64,000 bases of DNA from an uncultured delta proteobacterium. GTDB lineage: Bacteria > Desulfobacterota > Zymogenia > Zymogenales > Zymogenaceae. The DNA lies in contig CAVTLK010000005.1 of the NCBI GenBank assembly GCA_963735595.1, positions 96,001-160,000 of the forward strand, given 5' to 3'. This document shows positions 30,922-40,603 of this stretch, one piece after another (position 1 is the stretch's first letter; the number at the start of each line of letters is the position of its first letter). The position numbers were made by a program, and so were the translations under genes. Under the pieces are notes generated by a model. The model saw only the letters and a program-made list of their open reading frames with translations. It was not told where the DNA came from and made no database searches.

Positions 30922-31135
30922 TATTACTATATTTCGACAAACCGGACTACTCCCCGCCCACGTGGTTCCGGGAGAGGGTGAACGGTGCGGCGGGTCTTCC
31001 TATATAGATCCGTGACGCATCCGGCAAGGTGCCGTACAATCCACCGCGCCAAACGTGCGGCTTCTGGGGCGGTTGCGATATCCCGAGGGGTTCTTTCCCG
31101 GATAGAAGAGCCGTCAAGATAACAGGAGGACGAGT

Positions 31136-31648
31136 ATGCACCGTTTGAAAGTTGTCGTAACCGGTCCCTTTAACAGCGGCAAGACTCAATTCATAAAATC
31201 GGTCAGCGAAATAGACGTGGTTTCCACCGAAAGAAAGGTGACCCTGCCCGAACACGCGGCGATCAAGGGAGAAACAACGGTGGCCATGGATTTTGGCCGT
31301 ATCACCCTGGGTGACCAGAAAGTATACCTCTTCGGGACGCCGGGTCAGCAGCAGTTTGACTTTATGTGGGAGGTGCTGACCGAGAATATGATCGGTTTTA
31401 TCGTCGTCGTGGATTCGACGGACCCCAAGCGGTTTAAGGAGGCCCGGGAGATAATCCGGTTCTTCAAGGACATCCTCGAAGAACCGTTTGTCGTGGCTGC
31501 CAATAAACAGGAGCTTACCGGGGCGCTGCCGGTCACAGAGCTCAGAAAGGAATTAGGGCTGGACGACAGCTGTGAAATTATCGGCTGCAGCGCCGTCGAC
31601 AAGAAAAGCTCGGTAAAAGTGCTCGATGCACTCATGAAGTATATGTAA
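31136..31648 (+). CDS. Small GTPase, MglA group 2/conservon CvnD-like
   Basis: GPFNSGKT P-loop, TTVAMDFG, LFGTPGQ, NKQE, CSA. Confidence 0.88.
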   Translation: MHRLKVVVTGPFNSGKTQFIKSVSEIDVVSTERKVTLPEHAAIKGETTVAMDFGRITLGDQKVYLFGTPGQQQFDFMWEVLTENMIGFIVVVDSTDPKRFKEAREIIRFFKDILEEPFVVAANKQELTGALPVTELRKELGLDDSCEIIGCSAVDKKSSVKVLDALMKYM

Positions 31649-31687
31649 GGCCCGTATCTATTATTATTTTATAAAAAGGGAATCATC

Positions 31688-32065
31688 GTGGCGACTTATA
31701 AAGCGTCTACGCTCAACAAGACCATAACCGATCTGTCGGAAGGGATTCCGGGCATCGAGGCTATCGTCCTTGAGACATACGAGGGGTTGGTGCTGGCATC
31801 TACTCTGCCCACCAGCGCGGAAGAGGAGATCATCGCGGCTATCTCCTCGGCCGCCCAGGGCATCATCAACCGCGCGGTCAAGGAACTCAAGCAGGGAGAC
31901 GTTCAAAATACGCTTGTTTTGAGTTCTTCGGGCCAGATAGTCCTGACGGATATAGAGGGCAAGGCCCTGTTGACCGTTATCGCCAAGCGGGATTCGAATC
32001 TGGGCCTCATATCGGTCATGAGCCGGCGCATTGCCAAGGACATCAGAGGCCTCCTGCCGTTCTGA
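31688..32065 (+). CDS. Roadblock/LC7 protein, MglB-like putative GAP
   Basis: IPGIEAIVLETYEGLVLASTLP..IAAISSA..NLGLI roadblock pattern; adjacent to the GTPase. Confidence 0.85.
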   Translation: MATYKASTLNKTITDLSEGIPGIEAIVLETYEGLVLASTLPTSAEEEIIAAISSAAQGIINRAVKELKQGDVQNTLVLSSSGQIVLTDIEGKALLTVIAKRDSNLGLISVMSRRIAKDIRGLLPF

Positions 32066-32073
32066 TTATCCAC

Positions 32074-32922
32074 ATGATCGAAAGCCGACAAGAAGAGAAC
32101 ATCGTGTTGACACCTGGAACATTCGCCAGGCTGAGGTCGATTCTCAAAGGTGGCGGCAGCGCCAATCTTAATCTCAATCTCTATAAAGATCCTTATATAG
32201 GGCGGCGGATTCAGGTGAGGATGCGCGCGACTCAGGCCGCCACTACCGAAGATTATCTCGATATAGCGGAAAGAAATCCCGTTGAGTACAAGAAGCTGGT
32301 ATCTGTCCTGACCATCAACGTCACCCGGTTTTTCAGGAACCAAGAGACGTTCGACAAGATCGACCGGCTTGTGATACCGAATATCATCAGGAATCACTAT
32401 GAACGGGGTGGACGCAGGATAAACGTACTGAGCGTTGGATGTTCCACCGGTGAAGAGCCTTACAGCGTGGCGATTCTCTTTCTCGATCATCTTCAGAAGA
32501 CAGGCCAATCGCGCGATCTGAGAGTCCTCGGAACCGATATTGATAAGCGGGCCCTCTTTCATGCCCTCAAAGGGATATACGATCAGGAGAAGGTGGAAGC
32601 AATTCCGAAAGATATCCTCAAACGATACTTCGTCGCGACGAAAAAGGGCTATCAAATAGCCCCTGACGTGCGAAACAAGGTAATCTTCATCAAAAAAGAC
32701 GTATTTTCGTATAAAATGTATAACCGATTCGACCTGATACTGGCCAGGAATATACTCATCTATTTTGTCAGAAGCTATCAGGAAAAGATCGTGGAAAGCT
32801 TCCATCGTCAATTGGTGCGGGGTGGTTTCCTCGTGCTGGGAAGGGCTGAATCGCTGGCCGGATGCACCAGACAGCTGTTCGAGCCGATAAGCGTTGCGGA
32901 TCGGATTTATCGCAAAATCTGA
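32074..32922 (+). CDS. cheR: Chemotaxis methyltransferase
   Basis: LTINVTRFFRN, SVGCSTGEEPYS, TDID, RNILIYF, LVLGRAE. Confidence 0.95.
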   Translation: MIESRQEENIVLTPGTFARLRSILKGGGSANLNLNLYKDPYIGRRIQVRMRATQAATTEDYLDIAERNPVEYKKLVSVLTINVTRFFRNQETFDKIDRLVIPNIIRNHYERGGRRINVLSVGCSTGEEPYSVAILFLDHLQKTGQSRDLRVLGTDIDKRALFHALKGIYDQEKVEAIPKDILKRYFVATKKGYQIAPDVRNKVIFIKKDVFSYKMYNRFDLILARNILIYFVRSYQEKIVESFHRQLVRGGFLVLGRAESLAGCTRQLFEPISVADRIYRKI

Positions 32923-32982
32923 AAATACTATTCCTTTTTGGGAATAATTGGTGTAGTATATGGTGAAAATGGGAGGAGACAG

Positions 32983-34260
32983 ATGAGAATCGAAATCGGG
33001 TATAAATTCATCTTTGGATTTATTTTGGTTATCCTCACGTCCGTGATCCTGCCGTATCTGGTGCGAGCCACCCACCTGGTCGACAATGAGATGATCAGCA
33101 ATATGATCGCGGCCCTTTCGGCGATACTGGTTGGTTTGATCATCGGGTGGGTTTTCACCAGGAACTTCACCAAGGACTTCCGGGAATTGACGGCGACTAC
33201 CGAGATAATCAGCCAGGGTGACCTGAGCCAGTATATAGAAATCTCGCACAAGAAGGTCTTCCCCGATGAAACGGTCGACCTGGCCAATTCCGTCAATCGA
33301 ATGCTCGGGAGCCTGCGGGATCTGGTGTCCCATGTTAAACGGACGGCTGCGCAGGTTTCTGAATCGGCCCAGGGGCTGTCGTCCTCCGCGGAAGAAATAA
33401 ACGCCTCTACCGAGGAGATCGCCTCCACTATCGAACAGATATCACGAGGGGCCGAGCACCAGGCGGAACTCGTCGACAAAACCGGCAACATCATCAAGGA
33501 CATCGCCAAGAAGATCGAACGGGTTGCCGAGACCGCCAAAGATCTCTCCGCCTCCTCGGCTCAAAGCCAGGAAGAGGCCGGAACTGCCGGCAAGATGGTG
33601 GATAACGCCATGGAGCGGATGCTCACGGTGTTCAATAATATGGAACACATCGGCAAGAACATGCTTGATTTCTCCGAAAAGGCCAAGGAGATCGGTAAAA
33701 TCGTCGAAGTTATCAGAAACGTTGCCCATCAGACCAACCTCCTTGCCCTTAACGCCACGATTGAGGCCGCCCGGGCCGGGGAATACGGCCGGGGATTTAC
33801 CGTTGTTGCCGACGAGATCAGGAAGTTGTCCGAGACGACAACGAAGTTTGCCGAAGAGATCACGGGCCTGGTGACCGATATCAGTAAGGGGAGCCAGGAG
33901 GCCAACATCGAGGTAAGGGAAGTCCTCAAGAACGTGGATGAAGGCAAGGACGTCATCAATTCGGTCGTTCAATCGCTCGGCGGAATAATCAGGGTTGCGC
34001 TGGATTCTCTCCATGAACTCAACCGAATATCCCAGCTCGCGATCGAACAGGCAAAAGAAGCCGAGGAGATGGTCAAAGCGGTCGATGAAATAGCGCGGCT
34101 TGCCGAGGACAACGCGGCGGCCACCGAAGAAGTGAGCGCTGCTACTGAAGAACAGACTGCATCCATGGAAGAGATGGCCTCGTCGGCGCAGGAACTCTCA
34201 ATGACGTCCGAACAGCTAAAGGCGGTAGTCGATAGCTTCAAGCTGGAACCGGAGGCATAA
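32983..34260 (+). CDS. Methyl-accepting chemotaxis protein without a periplasmic sensor domain (DifA-like)
   Basis: Two TM helices joined by a ~13 aa loop, [27 protein letters not shown] tip; ~157 aa N-arm (about 22 heptads, 44H-like). Confidence 0.93.
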   Translation: MRIEIGYKFIFGFILVILTSVILPYLVRATHLVDNEMISNMIAALSAILVGLIIGWVFTRNFTKDFRELTATTEIISQGDLSQYIEISHKKVFPDETVDLANSVNRMLGSLRDLVSHVKRTAAQVSESAQGLSSSAEEINASTEEIASTIEQISRGAEHQAELVDKTGNIIKDIAKKIERVAETAKDLSASSAQSQEEAGTAGKMVDNAMERMLTVFNNMEHIGKNMLDFSEKAKEIGKIVEVIRNVAHQTNLLALNATIEAARAGEYGRGFTVVADEIRKLSETTTKFAEEITGLVTDISKGSQEANIEVREVLKNVDEGKDVINSVVQSLGGIIRVALDSLHELNRISQLAIEQAKEAEEMVKAVDEIARLAEDNAAATEEVSAATEEQTASMEEMASSAQELSMTSEQLKAVVDSFKLEPEA

Positions 34261-34267
34261 GACAGAA

Positions 34268-34744
34268 ATGGGAGACCATGCCGACGGCGTAGGTGCTGAG
34301 CGCCAGATAATCGCCTTTGCCCTCTCCCACGAGGTTTTCGGGATAGATATCGCGCGGGTGCAGCGGATTGCCCCACCCGAGACGATAACACGTGTGCCGC
34401 GAGCGCCGGCATTCATATTGGGCATCATGAATATGGCCGGGCGGATCATCACACTGATCGACCTTGCCCATATCCTGCATCTTGAGAGAGGTGACGAGTT
34501 GGGGCAGCAAATCATCATCCTTAACCATGATGACATGAACATAGGCTTTGTTACCGGCCAGGTTGCCGATGTCATCATGACGGACGATGAATCCCTGAAC
34601 AGGGAGATCGTACGTATCAGCGCTCAGGATGAGAACTTCGTTTCGGCAATACTGAATACAGGCGACCGTATTATCAACGTACTGAACATCGAAAAGCTGT
34701 TTGATTTTATAAAAAAATCTTTTGTCGACTCGAGGGGGAAATGA
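34268..34744 (+). CDS. cheW: Chemotaxis coupling protein
   Basis: FGIDIARVQRI, TRVPRAPAFILGIMNMAGRIITLIDL. Confidence 0.92.
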   Translation: MGDHADGVGAERQIIAFALSHEVFGIDIARVQRIAPPETITRVPRAPAFILGIMNMAGRIITLIDLAHILHLERGDELGQQIIILNHDDMNIGFVTGQVADVIMTDDESLNREIVRISAQDENFVSAILNTGDRIINVLNIEKLFDFIKKSFVDSRGK

Positions 34745-35109
34745 GTCTCAAGGTATTAATTGTCGATGATGCGAGTTTTATGAGGGCCATGCTGAAGGAC
34801 ATCCTTGTCTCAGGCGGCTTTGATCTCGCGGGCGAGGCGGTGGACGGTGTCGAAGCGGTACAGAAATACAAAGAGCTTAGGCCGGATGTCGTTACTATGG
34901 ATATAGTAATGCCCCTCAGAAGCGGTATCGACGCCGTCAAGGAGATTATCGCCTTCAATAAGGACGCGCGAATCATTATGTGCAGTGCGCTCGGCCAGGA
35001 ATCCCTCGTTCTGGAGGCCATCAATGCCGGCGCGAAGGACTATATTATAAAACCGTTTGACCCGGATAAGGTCGTCGAGATGGTCAAGAAGGTCGCCGGG
35101 GTCAAGTAG
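34741..35109 (+). CDS. cheY: Single-domain response regulator
   Basis: VDDASFMR, PDVVTMDIVMP, MCSALGQ, YIIKPF. Confidence 0.92.
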   Translation: MSLKVLIVDDASFMRAMLKDILVSGGFDLAGEAVDGVEAVQKYKELRPDVVTMDIVMPLRSGIDAVKEIIAFNKDARIIMCSALGQESLVLEAINAGAKDYIIKPFDPDKVVEMVKKVAGVK

Positions 35110-35112
35110 TCA

Positions 35113-35697
35113 ATGGCCGACGCAGTAAAGCTCGTGATTATCGCCGCCTCCACCGGCGGACCAAAGATACTGCTGGACGTACTTTCGGCAATTCCTCAGG
35201 GTATTCCATCTGCAATTATTGTCATACAACATATGCTCCCGCGCTTTATCGGTTCGTTTGCAAAGCGTTTGGAAAAAGGTTCACATCTGTCCGTGCAGGT
35301 CGGAAGCGACGGGATGAGGCTCGGTAAGGGGACGACTATTTTAGCTCCCGGGGGCAAACATCTCATTTTGGTGCCGGATACGGACGGCGTAATCGTTGGT
35401 TTTGACGAATCAGGCCCGAGGGCGGGCGTCATGCCGTCGGCCGACGTTACCATGATTTCGGCCGCTCCCCTGTTCCGTGGAAACCTCCTGGGCGTTATCC
35501 TTTCCGGGATGGGCAGAGACGGGGTCGAGGGATTTGCCGCGATAAAACGCGAGGGTGGTTCAACGGTCGTTGAAGATGAAGCATCAAGCGCGATTTATGG
35601 AATGCCGGGCCGGGCATTGACGCGGGGACTGGCCGACAAGGTCCTTACTCCGCACGAGGTTGCCCTGGAAATCATCGATTTTTCGTCGAGGATCTAG
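35113..35697 (+). CDS. cheB: CheB methylesterase, catalytic domain only
   Basis: ASTGGP (Ser), QHM (His), GMGRDG (Asp), YGMP; no N-terminal REC domain. Confidence 0.9.
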   Translation: MADAVKLVIIAASTGGPKILLDVLSAIPQGIPSAIIVIQHMLPRFIGSFAKRLEKGSHLSVQVGSDGMRLGKGTTILAPGGKHLILVPDTDGVIVGFDESGPRAGVMPSADVTMISAAPLFRGNLLGVILSGMGRDGVEGFAAIKREGGSTVVEDEASSAIYGMPGRALTRGLADKVLTPHEVALEIIDFSSRI

Positions 35698-35700
35698 ACC

Positions 35701-37862
35701 ATGGATATGTCCCGATATAAAAAGATATTCATGGAAGAGGCCCGGGAACACCTCGAGAAGATCAGCAGCCTCTCCCTGGAGATGGAAAAAAATCCCGAAG
35801 ATATGGAGGTCATCAACGCCATTTTCCGGGAGGCCCACTCGATCAAGGGGATGGCGGCCTCGATGGGCTACACCCCGATATCCGAGCTGACCCATAAGGT
35901 CGAAGACCTCATGGACCTTATCCGAAAGGGGGAGATCGGCGCCAGTTCCCATCTCGTTGACGTGATGCTCAGGGCCATAGACGTCCTGGAGAATCAACTC
36001 AACGCGATTGATACCGGCGGTGATACCGAGGCGGGACTTACCGAAGTCCTTGAAATGATCGAGCGATCCCGAAAGGGCGACATACCCGAAAAGCAGCCGA
36101 AACCCGCACAAAAGCAGCCCCCTGCCGAAGAGAAGGCGCCCCCGGAGGGAAAGAGGATCAGGCCGCCTATATCGTAACCCTGGTCATACGGGAAGACGAG
36201 CCCAAGCCGAACGTCAAGGGCCTGCTGGGGGTTAAGAAGCTTTCAGAACTCGGCAAGGTCATGGGATTGGTCCCGGGCCTTGAGGAGATCAGGAAAGGAT
36301 TGAAAGGCCGGGAACTGAAGGCGACACTGGTAACCGGGGTTGGGGAAGACGACGTAATGCGGGCGTTGAGGGGCTTGGCGTACCTTGCGTCATTTGACGT
36401 TATCAAGACAAGCGTCAAAACCGGTGGAGAGAGGGGAAAAGGGGAGCCTGCCAAATCCCCTATCGGGCCGGAAACCGTTGAATTTCGGCCTCCCCCCGAT
36501 TCAGGTCCCGTTAATCGGCACGATACGGATATATCCCAGGCGGAGACGGCCGTAGACGAGCCGCCCGTCGAATGGGTCTCGGAAGAGCTGGCCATCCAGC
36601 AAGAGACTGCAGGGGTCAATCCTCCCGCGCAGTCTGTCTCCCCCGGCCGGGAATCATCCTCCAGTGAAGGACCGCGTGTGGAAGAGATGCTCCCGTCAGG
36701 AGAGGCGGGGGCGGGGCTGCCGCGATCGGTCCGTATCGGAACCGACCTCCTGGAGAGCTTCATTAATATTGTTGGTGAGCTGCTCATCACCAAATCCCGT
36801 ATCCAACAGCAAACCCGGGGCCTCGCCATCACTCCTCTGGATGAGTCGGTAAACCGGCTCGAGAGCCTGATTAGAGAGCTCCATACGCGGGTAATCACCG
36901 TCAGGATGATGCCGCTGGAAAGCATCCTTTCACGGATGCCCCGCCTCGTGCGAGATCTTGCCCGGGAGAAAGGTAAGGACATAGAATTTACCATCACCGG
37001 CGGTGATATCGAGCTTGACCGCGCGATCCTCGAGGAGCTCACTGACCCGCTGGTTCATATCCTGAGAAACGCCGTGGACCACGGGATAGAGCCGCCGAAT
37101 CAGCGCCAGATGTCCGCGAAATCCCCGACGGGGAAAATCATGTTGTCGGCATACCGCGAGCGGGACCTCGTAATCCTCGAGGTCACCGACGACGGCCGCG
37201 GCATCGACCCGGCGAAGATCAGGGAGGCCGCCGTCCAGCGCGGGATCATGAAAAAGCAGCAGATCGATCTTCTTGACGACCGGGACGTGTTACTGCTTGC
37301 GTTCATGCCGAATCTCTCAACGAATAAGGAGGTCTCGGACATATCGGGACGGGGTGTTGGGATGGACGTGGTTAAGACCAAGGTAGAGTCCTTGGGCGGC
37401 TCGGTACGGCTGGAATCCCGAAAGGACGAGGGTACGAAGATCGTCCTGTCTCTTCCGCTTACGGTTGCTATCATACAGGCCCTCTTGATCAAGTCGGACG
37501 GAGAGACATTTGCCCTGCCCCTTTCAAAGACGATAAAGTCGGCGGAAGTGGCCGCGGCGTCGGTTCAGATGAGCCAGAATCAGAGGGTAGTCTTCATAGA
37601 CGGCGATATGATCCCTCTGTTCAAAGTGGGGGATCTTCTGGGGTTTTCCGACGGCAGGATTGACGACAGGGATATCTCGCTGATCGTCTCCGAAGTGCGT
37701 GGAAAACACATCGGTCTCCAGGTTGACGAAATTGTCGGGAGCCAGGAGATATTTATTAAGTCTCTCGGCTACCCCCTTGAGAAGATCCAGGGCTTTTCGG
37801 GCGTTACGATCCTGGGTGACGGGAAGCCCGTACTAATAATCGATATCGGGAACCTCTTTTAG
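35701..37862 (+). CDS. cheA: Chemotaxis histidine kinase, split by one frameshift near 36150
   Basis: HPt (FREAHSIKGMA), P2-like segment, dimerisation domain, HATPase (RNAVDHG, DDGRGID, SGRGVGMD), CheW domain. Confidence 0.93.
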
Positions 37863-37865
37863 CAA

Positions 37866-38462
37866 ATGGATATAGACTCAATTCTCATCGATAAGAGCAG
37901 ACTTATAGAAAAGCGTTCTCAGGACGCCCTGATCAGCTCGGCGTTGGCGCTTTCCCAGATGACGGGGGAAACGGTCGATGTTGTCAGAACGATCGTCGAC
38001 CTGATCAAGGTTCAAGAGATAGCGACATACATCGGTGATCGTGACGACAAGGTCACCCTTATCGCGCTGGACGTTCACGGAAAAATATCGGGAGACATCT
38101 ACATCCTGCTCTCATCGTCGGACACGATGCTGATCACCAAGAAGGTCGCCGATAGATGGATGAAAGAGGAGGAGATAGAGAAATTCAAAAACTCGGTGCT
38201 TGCCGAGGTAGGCAACATCGTGGCGTCGGCGTATATTAACGTATTGGGCGATTCGTTCAATGTCGCCTTAATACCTTCCGTTCCCCGCCTCGAATTCGTT
38301 AGCGGGGAAGCGCTCATCCCCAAGATCCTTTCGAAGGGCGATTCCGATTTCGCACTCATGTTCTTCTCGGAATTTGTCGTCGGGGAACGCGGGATTAAGG
38401 TCTTCTTCTTTTTCCTTCTGTCCAATGCATCGATGCAGTACCTCGGAGGCCATGCCCCATGA
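37866..38462 (+). CDS. cheC: CheC-family CheY-P phosphatase (DifG-like)
   Basis: ALSQMTG and SVLAEVGNIVASAYIN..IPSVP motifs. Confidence 0.82.
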   Translation: MDIDSILIDKSRLIEKRSQDALISSALALSQMTGETVDVVRTIVDLIKVQEIATYIGDRDDKVTLIALDVHGKISGDIYILLSSSDTMLITKKVADRWMKEEEIEKFKNSVLAEVGNIVASAYINVLGDSFNVALIPSVPRLEFVSGEALIPKILSKGDSDFALMFFSEFVVGERGIKVFFFFLLSNASMQYLGGHAP

Positions 38463-39205
38463 ATCAGGAGGCAGTCAAAAATCTCCTGATTGGGGTCAAG
38501 AGCGGAGAAGTACCTGTCGAAGAGGCGATCGACAGGCTCAAGTCGTTGCCGTATCTTGACCTCGGATTCGCCGTTGTCGATACCCATCGGGCGCTCAGGC
38601 AGGGATTCCCCGAGGTTATCATGGGCGAGGGGAAAGAGCCGCGAGATATCCTCGGTATTATCGAAAGCCTCAGAAAAACCGGCAATACTATCCTCGTGAC
38701 CCGCGTAGATACCGAAAAGGCTCGGGTGGTCCGGGAGCAGCTTCCCGAGATGACGTATAACGAGCGTGCGCGGTCTCTCGTCCTTATCGAAGGGGAGATC
38801 ACGATACGGGGAAAGGGGGCGATCATGGTAGTTTCGGCCGGAACCTCCGACATCCCGGTGGCCGAAGAAGCGGCCGTTGTTTGCGAGCTTATGGGAAACC
38901 GCACCGAGCGCCTCTGGGACGTGGGAGTGGCGGGGATACACCGGCTTATGAACCACGTCGACCGATTACGGGGCGCCAACGTGCTGGTAGTGGCGGCGGG
39001 GATGGAGGGGGCGCTGCCGTCGGTTATCGGGGGGATCGTAGAACGCCCGGTGGTGGCTGTACCCACCAGTGTCGGGTATGGCGCAGGTTTCGGCGGGCTC
39101 TCGGCGCTGCTGGGGATGCTCAATTCCTGTGCTGCGGGAGTATGCGTCGTTAATATCGATAACGGCTTCGGTGCGGGATACGTTGCTTCCCTGATTAACC
39201 GATAA
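38459..39205 (+). CDS. larB: Nickel-pincer cofactor biosynthesis carboxylase/hydrolase
   Basis: DTHRALRQGFPEV, AGTSDIPVAEEA, DVGVAGIHRL, AGMEGAL, PTSVGYG, VNIDNGFGA. Confidence 0.93.
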   Translation: MNQEAVKNLLIGVKSGEVPVEEAIDRLKSLPYLDLGFAVVDTHRALRQGFPEVIMGEGKEPRDILGIIESLRKTGNTILVTRVDTEKARVVREQLPEMTYNERARSLVLIEGEITIRGKGAIMVVSAGTSDIPVAEEAAVVCELMGNRTERLWDVGVAGIHRLMNHVDRLRGANVLVVAAGMEGALPSVIGGIVERPVVAVPTSVGYGAGFGGLSALLGMLNSCAAGVCVVNIDNGFGAGYVASLINR

Positions 39206-39409
39206 TGATACCGTTGTGCCTCGTCGACCATCGGGATTATTATCGCCGGGCTTTGGGAAGCCCTTGGACTGCCCAATGTTTTGGGAGTGCTGTTTTCATA
39301 ACTCGCCGGTACCCCGTGAGGGCCGTATCACAAACGGTACATAGGCCCTGTTAGAGAAGGTCGACCGTTCTCATCCGTTTTGTAGACAAACCGTAGCGCT
39401 TCAGGCTGT

Positions 39410-40603
39410 ATGGATACAATTCTCTATATCGATGCCTTCTCGGGCATATCCGGGGACATGTTTCTCGGCGCGCTGATCGCCGCAGGACTTGATGCGGCAA
39501 TCGTCCAGGACGAAATTCGCCGACTGGATATCGGAGCCGAGCTTTCCGTAGGCTTGGTAAAACGAAACGGGATCGAGGCGGTCAGCGTCTCGGTGATATC
39601 CGGTCGAAAAGATGAGGTAGAGCGTCATTACGGAGCGATAAAGAAGCTTATCGAGTCACGCATAAACCCGGGTTACGCCCGGGAGACGGCCCTGAAGATA
39701 TTCGAGTTGCTGGCGCGCGCGGAGGGCCGGGTGCACGGCCGGGATGCCGATCACGTCCACTTCCACGAGGTGGGCGCCGTGGATTCGATCGTTGATATCG
39801 TCGGCGCCGCGGTGGGCCTGGCGGCGCTCGCGCCGGTTCGGGTGGTTTCCAGCCCGCTTCCCATGGGAAGGGGCTTTGTTACAACGCGGCACGGCGTGCT
39901 CCCGCTGCCGGCCCCGGCGACGGCCGAGCTCCTTGCGGGCATACCCGTAGTCGACGCCGGGATAGATGAAGAGCTCGTAACTCCGACGGGCGCGGCCATC
40001 GTTAAGACGGTCGCATCATCGTTTTCTGGGATACCGCCGATGATCGTCGAGAGATCGGGTTACGGCGCGGGAGACCGGGAGCTGCCCGACAGGCCCAATC
40101 TTCTCAGGCTTATAATCGGAAGGCCCTCAGACCAGACCGTCGGTGACGAGGTGGAAGTCATCACAACCCACATAGACGATATGAACCCCCAGTTCTACGA
40201 GTATATAATGGATCGGCTTTTTGCCTTAGGGGCCCTTGACGTGGTGTTGGCTCCCGTAATCATGAAAAAGGGCAGGCCCGCTACCGCGCTCGTTACCGTT
40301 GCCCCCATATCGGGGAGTGGGGAGATTATCGACGCGATCCTTTCCGAGACTACCAGCATCGGCCTCCGGATTCACCGGGAGCGCCGGGTTAAGCTCGACC
40401 GTCAGCTGGAGACGGTTCAAACGCAATTGGGGGAGATCCGGGTCAAGCTTACGTTCGACCGATCGGGAAAGGTTGCCGATGCGTACCCCGAATATGAGGA
40501 TGTGCGAGCGGCCGCAGAGAGCCACCGCATTCCCATCGATCGGGCATACCGCTTGATTATCGGCGAAATCGGCGAGATGTTGGCAAAAAGGGTGAGGAGA
40601 TGA
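39410..40603 (+). CDS. larC: Nickel-pincer cofactor nickel insertase
   Basis: SGISGDMFLGAL, HFHEVGAVDSIVDI, PAPAT, ELVTPTGAA, MKKGRP, PEYED. Confidence 0.93.
   Translation: MDTILYIDAFSGISGDMFLGALIAAGLDAAIVQDEIRRLDIGAELSVGLVKRNGIEAVSVSVISGRKDEVERHYGAIKKLIESRINPGYARETALKIFELLARAEGRVHGRDADHVHFHEVGAVDSIVDIVGAAVGLAALAPVRVVSSPLPMGRGFVTTRHGVLPLPAPATAELLAGIPVVDAGIDEELVTPTGAAIVKTVASSFSGIPPMIVERSGYGAGDRELPDRPNLLRLIIGRPSDQTVGDEVEVITTHIDDMNPQFYEYIMDRLFALGALDVVLAPVIMKKGRPATALVTVAPISGSGEIIDAILSETTSIGLRIHRERRVKLDRQLETVQTQLGEIRVKLTFDRSGKVADAYPEYEDVRAAAESHRIPIDRAYRLIIGEIGEMLAKRVRR

Noticed and set aside
30930..31030. Canonical c-di-GMP-I (GEMM) riboswitch
   Set aside because: GACAAACC and GACGCA fragments are present, but the GNRA-capped stem and GCAAAGC junction are missing
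35701..36177. Stand-alone HPt protein / naturally split CheA
   Set aside because: The P2-like sequence continues in the next frame from ~36155, consistent with one indel
39205..39354. ~49-codon ORF between larB and larC
   Set aside because: No recognisable motif or supporting evidence
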